Shown one piece after another: positions 49,420 to 63,599 of a stretch of 64,000 nucleotides of DNA. The notes beneath the pieces were generated by a model that did not search any database, was not told the DNA's origin, and saw only the letters and a program-made list of their open reading frames with translations. Position numbers and translations under genes: made by a program. This stretch comes from Macrostomum lignano (taxonomy: Eukaryota), in assembly GCA_002269645.1 (NCBI GenBank), contig NIVC01003513.1, positions 30,174-94,173 of the forward strand, written 5' to 3'. The number at the start of each line of letters is the position of its first letter. The first letter of the stretch is position 1.

Positions 49420-52400
49420 ACCATATTTAGGATATAATACAAAAATTCTATCCTAGGGTGCTAGGCTCCAAGTAAATTGATGCAATTTATATTAAGGCCT
49501 ATGCCTAAGCTAAGACTAAGCTATGACTTTTTGTTTTAATAAGTTATTATATTACATTCACAGTTATTGTCTTAACTGTAGATATAATTTATATCACAAG
49601 GCCCTAGCTATAGCTATAGAGATGGATATAATTTATATCACAAGGCCCTAGCTATAGCTATAGAGAAGACAATGAAAAGTTATGGCTAAAGTTAGGCCTA
49701 GATTATTAAAGCTGACACTAGTTTACCACTGGTTTTGGGTGTGAATTTTACCATGTTGCTGAGTTATATGTAAGCCTAGCAAATAAATTAAGTTTATTTA
49801 GGAAAAAATATTAATAGTAGGCCTAATCTGCATGCAACACAAAGACAAAGCCCTCCATTTTGACTTTGTATATTCTAAGATAAATTCATATAGCCATAGG
49901 ATAAGCTCTTTAACTATATTTTCCAATACTATAAATTTAAGATTGCTTATAAATTTGGCCTAACACAAACTTGATTTTACAACCTTGCACTGTTTTACAA
50001 ATTAGTGATATGAATGAATATGATAGGTCCCCCTAAGCCTAGTACTCGGCCCTCGGGTAGTAGTTAAGGCATACTAAAGTAATTAAGGCTCTGCTTACAT
50101 ATTTCTCAATTCTTGGTATACCGACGGCACGCTCTTATAAATCTATAAAACCCTTTAAAAGGAAAAAGATAAGCCTATTTTTGATAGCGGAAGAGAACCA
50201 GAAACCAGTACTAGACATACTCATATGAACTGCTTACGTACGGGCCGCCGCAGGGCCTCGTCACGGGTTGGGTTTCGCTTTAAAAATGCAAAGGCCTGTA
50301 TTTTTTATGTTAATGTGTGCTAGACTTGCTTTCATTTTTTATTAAAAAGGAATGCTTTTCCAACTTATGTCTACCTGAGGTCTGGAATAAGCTTTTGCGA
50401 TTGTTTTACTAGTTTACGTTTTGATAGAATGTTTATATTTCCGGCTTTTATTTTTATCAAATTTGCGGCCGGAGTGTATATTGTAGGGAATGAAATTTAG
50501 TATGCCGTATGCGTATTTAGTTCAGCATATTATACGTATACGTGAATACATGTGTGGATTTGTGTGTGTAATCGTAATAATGAAAACGTAGTAACCCCTT
50601 CAATCATCTTAAATGAGCTGCTTAGTTTGTTGGGTTGGACCTGAGATCAAAATTCAAATATACTGTAATCGCGAGGCCTTAGTGACTGAGTCCCCCACTT
50701 ATTTTGCAACAAAAGTGACAAGATATTGGCTTTATTTAGATATATCTTACTGCTAACCGTACAAAATGCCATATTCTTCAGTGCACTAGCTCTATCAAAA
50801 GGGTGACATGATCGCAGTGCATTTAAAACCATTTACAAAACATATACATGTAACATGCGGAAGAAGACCAGCTCATTTAGCTCAAAAGATTGAAAGGGTA
50901 ATATGTTTGTAAAATGCTGAGATTGATAATCAGCCACTTGGTGTGTTTCATTCGGAGATGAAAGAATTAAACTACTCGATCTAAAGCAAACCCATGCCAG
51001 CACCTTGTCGACAATAGGTTGTGGTGATGCGGTGGTGCGCGAGTACGAGCGTACGATTCGTACTGCAGTAAATTTGATTGGGTTTGTACCGAGACAAATC
51101 TTATTGGCATGCAGCAACAAACATTAAGTTTTTCATCGCGGCCACTATATACATGTACATGTACATGCTGTTATACAGATAGTTCGAGTGATCCTCGAGT
51201 GGCTCATCTTAGCTGTCTTCAGACTATACGATCAGATTCGATCAGCTGGTGTACACTGTGCATGCATGTTGATTCACTAAACAGAGAAGTATTGTTGGGG
51301 TGTTCTCTCTTGCCGATACCATGCAATTTGCATTCTGCTCAGCGTTGTACTGCCACATCTCTTCCGATGAGTCCGATTTCATTTCTCTCTCCCACCCTTT
51401 GATGCCGGATTCGGTCTGCTCGGGTCATCGATCTCGGACATTTGATTACTAACTGCTTGCTTTGGCTCTTCCTTGGAGCCCTTCGTTTTGCCCTAGTTCT
51501 TCAATCATCCACTATTCCACTGCTTACTGGTCTCGCTGCAGTTCCCCCTTCCTCCAGAGATCGTTCTGGCCCCCTTCCTCTGCCCCCCCCCCCCTGGAGC
51601 TGATTGGGGCTTGTCAGCTCTGCGCCTCGGCGCCGGGCTAATTGAAAAAATTATCGAGTAACTCGATTTTCACTCAACTGCACCGCCCCAGCTCAGCACG
51701 CGCACCCATGCGGGATTCGCCCTCGCCCTACCCCCTCCCTCTCAACTCCCTCTCCAAATCCACCATCCGCACCCCTTTTCCTTCTGTAATAATCTTCTAG
51801 CCAGAAGCGCAGCGCCGTGGAAGAACTCGGCCCCCGTGGGATATTGCCAGACTCCGAGGGGAATTCCAGCGGACCCGGAACGCGTCACTCGTTCCTCTTT
51901 CTCTCACACTTTCTCTCTTTCTCTCTCATCTCGCAAGCAAGGCCCCCTTCCGTGCATGACTTTCCACATCCCCTAAACTCTCCCTCATCTTCCTTCAGTT
52001 CCAGTCCACCGTCTCTATCCCCCGTTCGGATCCTCTGCCCGCCTGTCCAGCTCGCCCTATTGATTGCCTTCAGCAGTTGTGCCTCCAGCGGCCGCCTCCC
52101 TAATGCCCCCCTTGCCCCTCTCAGTCTATTGCCAATCCTGGCCAGCTGGGGCAGCCGGTCCAGCCGCATCCCCATTGGTTGGCGAGGCACTTACGCCGAT
52201 TTTCAATTTGCTCTCATCGGCTTCTAAACTTGTTCCAGCTCCTGCTTATAGGAATTGAACTCCTGTTTCGCCTGCCCCCTCCTTCCTCCGCTAGTTACTA
52301 CTCTTCACTTCCAGCCACATTTACTCGGGGGCCTTGCTCCAAATTTTCCCGACAACCCAACCAGCCCCTCAGGTCTATTTACAGCTCACCACAGACGCCC

Positions 52401-55400
52401 TCTTCATCACAGTCTCCTCAGACTTCGTCTGTCCCAGTACCCACGACTGCCGTCTCACACCTCTCACAGAAAAAAATTGCTGCAAGGTTTAAGCGTCTAT
52501 TAGAGGAGTCCAGTTTCTCGCCCCTCATTAGCGGCGACCTCTAGGCAGATTCTTCCACCCTTGCTGGGCCACAGTCTCCCGGATCCAGCCAGAGAGCATC
52601 GAAAACAGATCGCCTGGTAGACTCGCGCAGACGGTTGCTTGCAGAACATAAACCCGCGACCAAGCAGCGACTCGCATTGTTAAATACTTGGTGAGTAGAA
52701 TGCACTCTTGAGCTTTCAATAATCCTTACAATCCATCTCACCGACTTATCTATTCAGGGATTTAAATGTTGAAGCAAGGTTTTGTGCTAAAAAATGTTTT
52801 GGCTAGAAAAGTTGACTACAAAAACCACTGGTCGTCCAACGCATGTAGGAAGTAGAGAGAAACCCAGCGAACCGGGTAGGACTTTTAAAATAGAAAGGGT
52901 ATCCTTGAAAGAGGCAGAGAGGGATCTTACTCGTTTACTCTCTCTTTCTCAGTTAAGCTCCTACTCGTGTGCCAACTGGGTCTACAGGCTCAACCCTCCT
53001 CCACGCGGGTCCCATGCAGTCCCAGTGCGAATCCCAGGGCTAATCCTCGTAGCCATTCAAAAGCAAAGAAAGAATTCTCAGCAGAACACCGATAGCAGGC
53101 AAGCTGAGCGCAACTAAAAACATGCAGTGCGAGCTTATTTTTCATGGTAGCTGCTGGCATCAAACTGACTAGATGGCGCTTGACGCATCAGATACATACA
53201 TGCTCGGCGGTAGGTAAACAAAGTTTTTTGTGTAGAAATTAAAAATCTGGAATAGAACCACCGTTGGAAAGAAATTAGGCCAAAATAGTGAAGTGCTTAA
53301 ATGCTGAACTATAGCTTCCATAGCATTTGCATGAGCTTGCAAAGCGCCACTGGCCGATGCTCTTAATGTACTACCGCTCGAGACTCCATTGAGCTCGGCC
53401 TCTTCCTGTCCCAGCTAGCGGCTCTCGCACGCATGGCAACAAAGTAGCCCGCCGAAGGAATGAGTTATTCTGTAGAAGCTAAACTTGGAAGAAAAGCGAA
53501 AGCCAGGGAGCGGAAGACAATTCTAGTGTGTCTGCTACTTCTTGGGTTCAGTCAATTTTTTAAAAAAACTGCACCTGCATTGAGAAAAGAGAATTAAGAA
53601 AAGCTCCACAGAGAGTTGAGTAAGCAAAGGAAGCGAAAAAAGACTCGAGACGTCGGGTGCCCCAGCGCCCTGATCGATACACGCCACACCAGGAGCCAAG
53701 ATTTACCCTATGTAGAATCAGTGAGTAATGACTGCACGCCTGCAGGACCCTGCGAGTATCCCTCGCTCCTCCAAAGCCGCTTTGAAGAGAGAAAGTTTAA
53801 GTCCGCAGGGTTTGCTCTGAGGGTCATACAGTTTAGATTGGCTTTGCTGCTCTGTCGCGGCTTCTCCGAACGCTCCCCCTCCGATTTTCTGGGTTGAAGA
53901 GTTTCAGATAGATGAGCGAGGCCAAGGTAAAGCCAAAATCAGTCGATAACTCATTACTGTGAGAGTGCGGACAGCAGCGCTAAGTCTACGCGACGTGCAA
54001 GCCAGTCTTCCCTTTTCTGCTCCTTCAGCTCCTCGCCGTGAAACGGTTTCCCTCTATGCTGGAACATTGGCTGGTGGTAAAGTTAAATCAGGTTTTCTGG
54101 ATAGAGATAGACAATGGATAGAGACGGACAGCAGGCGGCAACAGTCGCTCCGGACCTTAAGGTCTAAGCGCCGATGTAGACAGACCCGTGCCCGTCCATC
54201 TTATTTGTTGGCAAACGATCCCAGAGAGTAATTCCAGCTGGATCTAACGCTCAAAAAAGTGCATTCAACGAAGTCGTGGTTGGTCCCGCGGGTCTCAAAA
54301 ATGCGGTCCCAAATTATTCGCAGTATCGGCGCAGTTTTGCATTTAGTAAAGTTTGTTAAAACAAACCGTCAGTCCAGGTGCAATCAGCTGCTATAAAGGG
54401 GTTTATGCAGACAGCTGGTGCTGCATGCAGTGATGCTACCGTGCACTATAGGTTGCTGGGCGGAAACTGTCTCGGTGGGAGGGACCCTCCCGGGGGTATC
54501 CTGCCTGTAGCATCCCCTTCCCCTCCTCCCACCTGCCGCCGCGTCCTCCAGAAAAGGCTGAAAAAGTCAGCGTTGGAATTCAGCGCCCCCCCCCTCTGCG
54601 CGCAGATGCTGGCTTGGCCTGACAAACATGTGGGGCTAGCTTGGAACATCAGCAACAGCCCAGAGAGAAAGAGACCTCATTAAGCCTTCACCATGTGAAG
54701 CTGCTGCAGCATCTCCATTTTCTCCTTCCCAACTCTGCGCGCCTCCATCTGCAGCTTTTTTAATAATGCTTCATCCGTTATTCATCCAACAGGCCTTGAT
54801 GGGTTTCCCTTCTGGCGCTGGCTTCCTCGCCATCTCTATCTCTATACCAATGTGTTTTTTTCAACTCCATTGCAATGCCAGCACGGTGAAGTCCAGACAG
54901 TTTTCATCGGCTATTAGGGTGCTTGTATAATTTCCTCATGACTTGATGCCGAGTTGGCGGATTTACAGTGCATAAAATTTCTCACTTTGTGCATTGGCTA
55001 CGGTGCATTGTTGCAGCAGAATTCGCGTCTCTCTCTCTACCTCTTCTACCTACCGTATAATAATTGCCCATGATGCTGTCTCGGACCCTGCCGCTGCTAA
55101 TGACGCCAGCGCTGCAATCCACTCTCCCCGCAAGCTGCAAGGGGCCAGCGGCAAGCCTATTTCCCCCTTGTGTCAATGTTTGAAATTGACCGGCGGCACC
55201 CGTTAGCCGCCCCTCACGCTCCCCACTTTCCACCCTAGGCCGCGCCAATGCACCGCCCAAAAAAACTGGGAAGCCTCGGCGGAGGCTAATTCTTGTTCTC
55301 GACTCCCGGGCAGCTGTGGCCAACTCTCTCCTGCCTTGCTGCATGGAATGAGACAGAGGGGGGAGGCGCACACGCATTATCAGCATCCGCATGGCGGTTT

Positions 55401-56545
55401 AGGTCTGCTGCCGGCTGCCGCTGGCAAAGACGGAAAAAAGACAGGAAATGGAGGAGTGGAACTTTAGAGAGAAAAAATGGGTGACTGCATGGCTGGCCGC
55501 AGGAATGGGATTTTTTGGCGACTTTAGGGCTTCGAGATTCCCCAGTCTCTCTCCGGCTGTCTGTCTGTCCGGCTCTACCAGCGCAGATGGGGGCCCATTT
55601 TTCTGCTTTTCCACAAGGTCTGACATTGATGTCTCTGCAGAAGGCATTCTATCTGTGCGCTGATTTATAGCCGTTGCCCATGCAAGCTTGACGAGCATGT
55701 TATGACTGAGTCACCCCACGTCCAGGTTTCTTTTCCACTCGCGTCTACAGTTGCCAGTGAAAATTTGATTTTTACAATTTCTCAAACTGAGCGGATGGGA
55801 AGGTACAGCAGGGCCACCCGGCACGTACTGTGGGCTTTCAATTGAAAAATAAATCGCTCTCATTGAAGCGGGCGGGTGGGAGAAAAAACTGCAGAGACAC
55901 GCCAGAGACACTGACGCATGAAAGGAACTGAAACCAGATGGTTGGAATTGGATTTCTCAGCAATGCAGGTGGGACAAACGAGGTGAGACAACTCTGTCCA
56001 TTGCCAGACTCACACAGGGAGCCTTCATCTAGTATAGATTGGGTTAACTATACCAATGAGCGCATTTTTTCACTCTAACTCTGTGAATGTCTTTCCTGCC
56101 CCATCATGTCCGGCGTCTCTTCCCAACTCCCAAGCAGATCCTCTCTCCCCATAAGCAGGGACAAAGATGCATTGACGCTGAGTTGGAACTTGAGAGTAGA
56201 TGTCTGAGGGTGCCCCGCACGCACCGCTTTCCTCAATTATTCATCGGGCAATTTCCTGTACAAGGAGGACTCGGCTGGGCTGCAATCAGCAGCCGCCCTT
56301 CAAGCCGGGAGCCCCCATCGCCCCCTCAGGCCCCCCTGTATGCCTTCTCTTCTCTGTATTTGTATTTCATCAGTCAAGGGTCATGTGTCCTGCTGTTGGG
56401 GCTTGGCCTCATTTGAGCAGGGATCTGTTGCGTCTCCCACTCCAACTTTCTCTCCTCGCTTTCTCAAGCTCTTCCACTCCTCCCTAAGCCCGTACTTTCT
56501 GGTCGTAGTGTTGAATTCATTGGATCGGTAGGCGCCGTGCATTGA

Positions 56546-57130
<585 letters not shown>

Positions 57131-59099
57131 TAGTCAGTCAGCAAATATCCTACAGCACTGTAGCCCCTCCCCACTTAATGCACTGTCAGTGCGCCGTTTC
57201 TAAAGCAATATACTCGTAGATCGATCAGGTCGAAGCCCGTTGTTCACTGAGCGAGAGATGGGAAAGAGAGAGTGAGCTGGGGGTAACTCCGACTGGCAAT
57301 CTCTATGCTGATGCGGCTTCCAATGAGGCTTACGAGAGTGGGGAAACGGTTGCAGAAGCCCACTCGACCGCGCACACATTGCAGCAGCTTATACTATAAG
57401 TTTAGCCGATGCCTGCAGATTTTCGAATGCTCTACCATCCCATACTCGCCCCCCCCCTTGTAGTCGATCAATCATGCGCAGCTGGGAAATGAGTCTTAGG
57501 GGAAGCTGCGCGTCTGTGCTTAGCATCCACTTTCTCCTGCGGGCCTCTCTCTCTCTGCCTCTGTCTCTCCATTCTCTTTCTACTCCGTCGCTCTGGCCCA
57601 AATTGAGCTGTTACTCAAGTTGACGCGAACGGCAGCAGACGCGGCCCCACGTGGATAGATTGATCGCCAAGAGAATTTGGTCCCAGCCGCCAGCATTGCC
57701 GCCCGCTATGCCAAAAATTCCACACCGTCCCGCGAGTCCAATAGTTGTTGAATTGACCTACCGGATGAGAAACTCTTCACAGATCACAGATGAAAAACCG
57801 CCTTCCCAGCTGATCGATTTCATCTCCCTGAGAGGTCCATTTTTTCTCCCAAAGACTCTCTCCATCCTCTTTGCTTTCCCGATTTCAGCAATCATCAACT
57901 CCACCAGCAGAAAATGAACTCGCTTTTAGGGGGAGCGAAAAAAGCCCACACAGAAGGCCATCAGTGGCCGCAGCTGGTTGAAATTGCCGCCGCTGGTCAC
58001 CTCTCTCTCTCAGCTTGCTGACGGGTAATTGAAGTCGCCTGTGCAAGTAATGGGCACTGCAGCCTCTGGCGATGAGAAAGTGAAGTGGGAGTCGGGTAGT
58101 TAGGGACGTAGAGAGAGAGGCGGCAAGGAAATCGAAGAAGGAGCTGGTTGAGCTGAAGAGAAGGAGCTGGTCAGGTAGAATATATCGCTATATAAAAAGT
58201 AATTTAGTCCAGCTGAAGCCAGCAGAAAGCGTTTTTCTCCTTTCTCTTCAAGCGGGAGAGAGAGAGAGACAGAGGAGAAAGTGGATGTCAGGCAAGCCCC
58301 CCGGGGGGGGGGATTACTCTCTTGGCAACCGCCCAACCTGATTTTTAGTGGCCATTTTAGCGGAAGAAAAGTCGCGATAGACAGTCTGCCGAAGATACTG
58401 GAACTCCCTCAGTTCTATACTCTACTCTGGTATTTCGCCATTAGCAGCTAGCGAGCTCGCATCCCGCAGGACACCCCAATCGCTTTTTCTCTCTCCACTG
58501 CCCTCCCACTTCAGCCTTGAGGATTCGTGCTCAAGCATGTCTCCTTTCCTCATCTACCGGCTGTCCCCACCCTCATCATCCAAGCCTGCCTTAATTCCTT
58601 TACTTTCACCTCGCTTTCACCCTAAACTGGGCAGGCTGGCCCAGTCTGGGCCTGACTTTTTGGCATCTTTATTGCATTCCAAAGTCGAGCTAAACCCCAG
58701 CCCTGAAAGCCTCTTCTTTCCCCCATTCTGCTCCAGTTCTGCCCCGCAAGCCCGTCCCGCTATCCAATGTTAACCGATGTCTCCCAATACCCTTCCAATT
58801 TTTACCCAACTCATGTCAGCCCGATCAGGGTGGGGATACGACGAGTTGAGTCCAATATGCAGGATCCTTAAGCCTTGAGCTCAGATGATGAGCACAGGAC
58901 TATATAAAAAGCAAAACAGAAGCAGGGTGAGAATAGGGGAATCCGAGAGCATTATGAGAGCACTATTGCTGTATAAAATAGTACAAACACTTGTCTTGAA
59001 CCAACTCTAAAGGTATAGAAAAGATAAAACTAAGGTTTACACCACGACCAAAACTAAGATACTCATAGAAACAGTTAGTGTTTAAATAAATCAGTCAGC

Positions 59100-59345
59100 T
59101 AAAAAAAGTTTAAAGGATAAGGTATTTCGTAAGCAGGCACAGTGCGCAGATGAGGGAGGCAGGGAGCGTAGCGAAGAGTTCGGTAGAGGTAGAGAGTGGT
59201 AGAGGTAGAGAGCGGTAGAGGTAGAGAGCGGTAGAGGTAGAGAGCGGTAGAGGGAGAATGAAAGAGGGAGGGTGAGAGAGATAATGAGAGAGAGGGAGAT
59301 AGCGGGAGCGGAAGAAAGAAAGAGAGAGCGGCCAGAGCTGCAGAC
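59100..59345. repeat. GA-rich simple repeat (AGAGGTAGAGAGCGGT-like)
   Basis: Short purine-rich tandem in the ELAV intron. Confidence 0.8.
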
Positions 59346-59899
59346 GGAACTGGGGAGAGTAAGAGAAGGCCATAAGGCGAAGTCGAGAGGCCGCTAGGAG
59401 CGCATCTCTGCCTCCCGATGCATTTCCGAAACACGGGTCGACGCAATTTCCTCCTGGCAACTCGCAGGCGACCTGGAGATCGGACTTACTGCAGACAGAC
59501 GGACAGAAAACCCCCGATTTCTGTGCAATCCAGCTGCAGACCCCACAGAAATCAAGGAGGGTTCGGCTGGGGGCGATGGGTTTTAACATTCTGAAATTCG
59601 AAAAGCAACAATTTTTATCAATAATTATGCGTGGCCACTGGACAAGCTAAAATCTACTTGGTCGAAGAACACAGCGGATAATGCAGGTATTCAGGTGGAA
59701 TTTGATTTGGATTTAACAAGCAGCGCAATAGCAGGACAGTGTGCGCTCTACCTGGCCAAACTGCAAGCGCCATCTGCTGCTGCAGGGGGCTCCCGGCATC
59801 CGCAAACCCCTGGCGACCACGAGCAGCTGGTGCTGCGGTGTTGCTCTGGGAGATCCGGTGATGCCGGGGTTTGCAGCGCGGTTCCCCTCTGGACATTCC

Positions 59900-60110
59900 A
59901 AAACGGAGAGCCTGGAAACGTTGGAAAGGTCCGGGTTTGGGCCGAGGTAGGCGAGCCTGACGTGAGTAAAGGCGGCCGGGCAGTCACAGATGATGTGCTC
60001 CGCATTCTCAACACAAGAGAGGCAGAATGGACATTCCTCATTGCGGATTTTCCCATTGCTACCTTCAGCCATGGCCTGAGAGGGCGATGGTTACCGCACT
60101 GATATGTCCC
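59900..60110 (-). mobile_element. LINE C-terminal CCHC zinc-knuckle fragment (I/LOA/R1-like), frameshifted
   Basis: The minus strand reads NRRDI.../H.PLRPWLK...IRNEECPFCLSCVENAEHIICDCPA.FTHVRLAYLG, which fits the C-x2-C-x8-H-x4-C-P...R...LG motif of non-LTR ORF2 ends. Confidence 0.7.
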
Positions 60111-63100
60111 TGCGGTTGAGTCCTAGCAGGGCCCCTATCTGGTGAATTAAACAGAATAGAATAATTCAACAATCCGTTTGAGTCAGATCAGACAGAGCAG
60201 TTTCAAACCGACTAGACTAGGAAAAAAGTTTTAGCCATTGAAATCTTCAAGTCGATCCAAGCTGACTGCGGCTAAACAGTGCCTATTCCCTAGGCGGAGT
60301 TCAGATGAGTAAATCTTTCTAAAATGCGCTTCCTCGTATATAGAGCATAAAGAGTGACAGAGGCAGAGCCCAGGGCCCGGAGGCTGACACAGGGAGACAG
60401 ACGGACAGACGGATCCCATCCCGCCCTGGGTGCAATTAAGCTGAGGGCCGACCATGGCCTGTTTCGGCTGTTTAGTATACTGGCTATGGGATCCGTTTAG
60501 CTTCAGTTCTTGGCGTCTGCGGCAGCTGGGCTGGTGTGGAGGGGGGCAATTCCACGCTAATTACTTTAAGTCCCTCCCTCCTCATCCAGTCAATTCCCGT
60601 TTTAATTTTATATAACGCTATAGTTGTTCTCGTCGACCAGGGAGGGGCTTAGGGAGGGGACATTTAAGTTAATAATTTAGCTGGGAGAATCTCATTTAAC
60701 CGCCGTCTGTTCGGCTCGCTTTCTCTTCCCCACTCCCCTTCCCCGCTGCACCCGGACTTGACGCGGTCAAGTTAAAGTTTTCAGCAGAAAAAACCACAGC
60801 CAACAGTCGCCATGCGAAGAGGAGACTGCACACCGAATTCCTCAGTTGGGATAAGGACCGCCCGGCCGGTGAAGGTGTGGAAAGGGCGTGTCAATCAGGC
60901 CCATATCGAGCCGGTTAAAACTGCGCGCACAGCTGTTGGTATTTTGAAAGAGAGAGGCCAAATCGGGGTGGGGGACGCGCTGGACAGTCCAGAAGCGAAT
61001 GATGGAGGCAGGGGATATTTCTCTAGTTCAGGAATTTTCCCCAAATGCGCCATCCAGCGGTTATCTCTGCTAATCCCAGGGCTTCGACTTCGCTCCCAAG
61101 CCGCCCAAGCTGAACATGTTATTGGGTGTGTCAGAATATCCACCTGGACCCCGGTGACCAACCAAGAATGGCCCAATGATGGGATCTGTAATATTGCGTG
61201 TGTCAGTTTCTCTTCTATTCTTTTGGCAAACAACATCGTCGTTTGCCAGTAACAAGAAGAAGAGTGTTGGGCAATTCGATAAGTGGAAGAGGCGGAGTTT
61301 GGGATGTGGCACTTTGCAGAGAAAGTAAGCAAAGAGGCTGTTAAAGAGATGGAGATAAGAGAGTAGGATGGATTTCATTGAGTTCAGCAGATATCAGCTG
61401 GCAATTATGCAGGGCCAGAGCGCCTGACCCCGGCCCTCAGCATCCGGGGACGCCACTTGATGAGAGCGGCGCTGAGTCAGCAGTAATGTGAAGATAGATA
61501 TTTCAAAAGCTTAGCGAACTGACAGACGTACTGTAAATTGTATACTATTTTATATCTGGTATTAGTGGCGCATGGGCGTCGCAACATCCGGGGAGGGGGG
61601 GGGCGATTTCGGCGGCTGCGTCACGGGGATGTCACGTGACAGAGGATCGCCTCCCCCAATTCAACAGTCAGCGGCTATTGACCGTTAATTAAATCTCGCA
61701 TCGAATCAGTCACAGCTATGGGAAGAAAGTCTTTTCCGCTTGCTGGAGTCTTACACATTTTTTATAGATAGAAGCGCAACCTACTGATTATACTGCAACT
61801 TCCTACTGGTCAGGCAAGGACTGGATATTCTGGACTCGATTTCTGATGCCGTAATCAAATACGGAGATGCTACAGCTCATTCAACTGACTTTGTGTTCTG
61901 TGTTGAATGCATCAACAAAAAACATTTGATTCAACTGCTCACAATTTGGCTTGTTATAGCTGGGCACTGAGACTCTAGACAGAGCAGTCTGTCTGGCCTG
62001 TGAGTCACGCCTCCACCCCAGCTGTCGAGGGGAACTCGACTCGTATCTTCCCGGCCCGACCCATCCCGGGGATTTATTATGCAAATTCTCTCTCGCAGCA
62101 GCGGGGCCCTCCTTCGATTCTCTTTGCCCACGATCTCATCTATCCGTCTGAGAAGGAAGGGAGGAGGATGAGAGGATCTCTGGCAGGGGCGGTGTTTCCC
62201 GTAAGACTAAAGATAATCTTGCCAAATCCTTCGGCTCCAGCTTCCCAAAGCGACCTCCATCTGCTGAGCTTGAGGGAGCTGCATGTCTTTAGATTCGAAG
62301 ACGAAGGCAGGGAAAAGAAGGAGAGAATGGGGAAGTTTGATATGGATGGAGGCCAGGGGAGGGCCTCTTCCCAAGTTGTTTCGCCCCCTCAGCCCACCAG
62401 CTCAAGCTTCGCCATGCTCCAGTTCTTGAAAAACTTCTCCTTCCCCCTAAAACGGCTCCGCTGATTGAGTTCGATCGATTCCGGCAGGCTCCATCGAGTG
62501 GAGCAAGTTCTCCCCGGGGAGGGCGAGCCTGCAGGGGAAGATTGAGAGAGAGGGAAGCGAGTCGGAGCGGAGGCTGCCTACTTCTTTTGCTGTCAGCCGC
62601 CACTCCAGTTCAGTCTGGCATGAATGCGACCACTCCAATTCAGTTGTTTGTTTCTGGGCAGCTTCGATTCGGGATTGAGAGGGCGAGAGTATGCTCTTCT
62701 TTAGACGGTAACTCTACAGTCTCCTTACTTAGCACAAGCAGAGCTCTCTACTGGCTCCAACATCTTGACTTTATTGAACTCAAATTGTCTTTACCTTCGA
62801 TCCGTATTCCCACGTCTACAGATACCTATATTTGAGTCCATTGTGATCCATTAATGAACCTCGACGCTTGTCATCGAGTCAATTGTTAACTGATGAACCT
62901 CGATACCTTTATTTGAGTCCATTATTGTACCAGTGGTCAAGCGCGGCGCTCTGATTTGCCAGTGGCCCCAGGCTCGATTTGGGGCTAAACTGGAATCTCG
63001 TCTTGGCTCTGCTCGAGCAATTAACGCCCTTGAGAGCCAACCCCCAAGGCACAGTGAAGTGTACATGCCAAACGACAAAAAAGTTAGGCCGCTGTACACT

Positions 63101-63263
63101 CCTGTGTGGGTGTGTGCCTGTGCGTATGACTGCGTATGGGAGTTGGCGGAATGGGCAGTAATTGCCTCTCGCCGGTTGTGTGACAATGTCGCTTAAAGTG
63201 CGCCATAGTGCACACAGCCCCCTGACTCTAAAAAAATGGTCCACCTGCACCTGCGCATTACAG

Positions 63264-63517
63264 TCAAAGTCTCGGCTATGGCTTCGTCAACTTCGCCAAC
63301 GCAAGGACGCCCTGAAAGCGATCGGTCGTTAAACGCCTCCGACTGCCAGAACAAAAACCATCAAAGTTTCCATGGCCCGGCGAGCTCCGAGTCAATCAAA
63401 GGAGCCAATTTGTACATTTTGGCCTGCCGAAGGGCATGACACAGCAGGAGCTGGTACAGCTGTTTAGCCAGTGTGGGAAAATCATCACTTCACGAATTCT
63501 GTACGATAGCAACACAG
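63264..63517 (+). CDS. elav: ELAV/Hu second coding exon (rest of RRM1, linker, first half of RRM2) with multiple apparent frameshifts
   Basis: Switching frames gives (G)[80 protein letters not shown](G). Acceptor TTACAG ends at 63263 and the donor GTGAGA starts at 63518. The gene continues beyond the window. Confidence 0.9.
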
Positions 63518-63599
63518 GTGAGACAGGTTCAAGGATTTTATTTGGTGCTTACAGAGCCCCGGCAGTACAGAAAAATTCTTCATGCTTGGCGAACAGCGA

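Noticed and set aside
49577-49665. About 45-bp direct duplication (GATATAATTTATATCACAAGGCCCTAGCTATAGCTATAGAGA)
   Set aside because: A simple local slippage duplication with no further structure.
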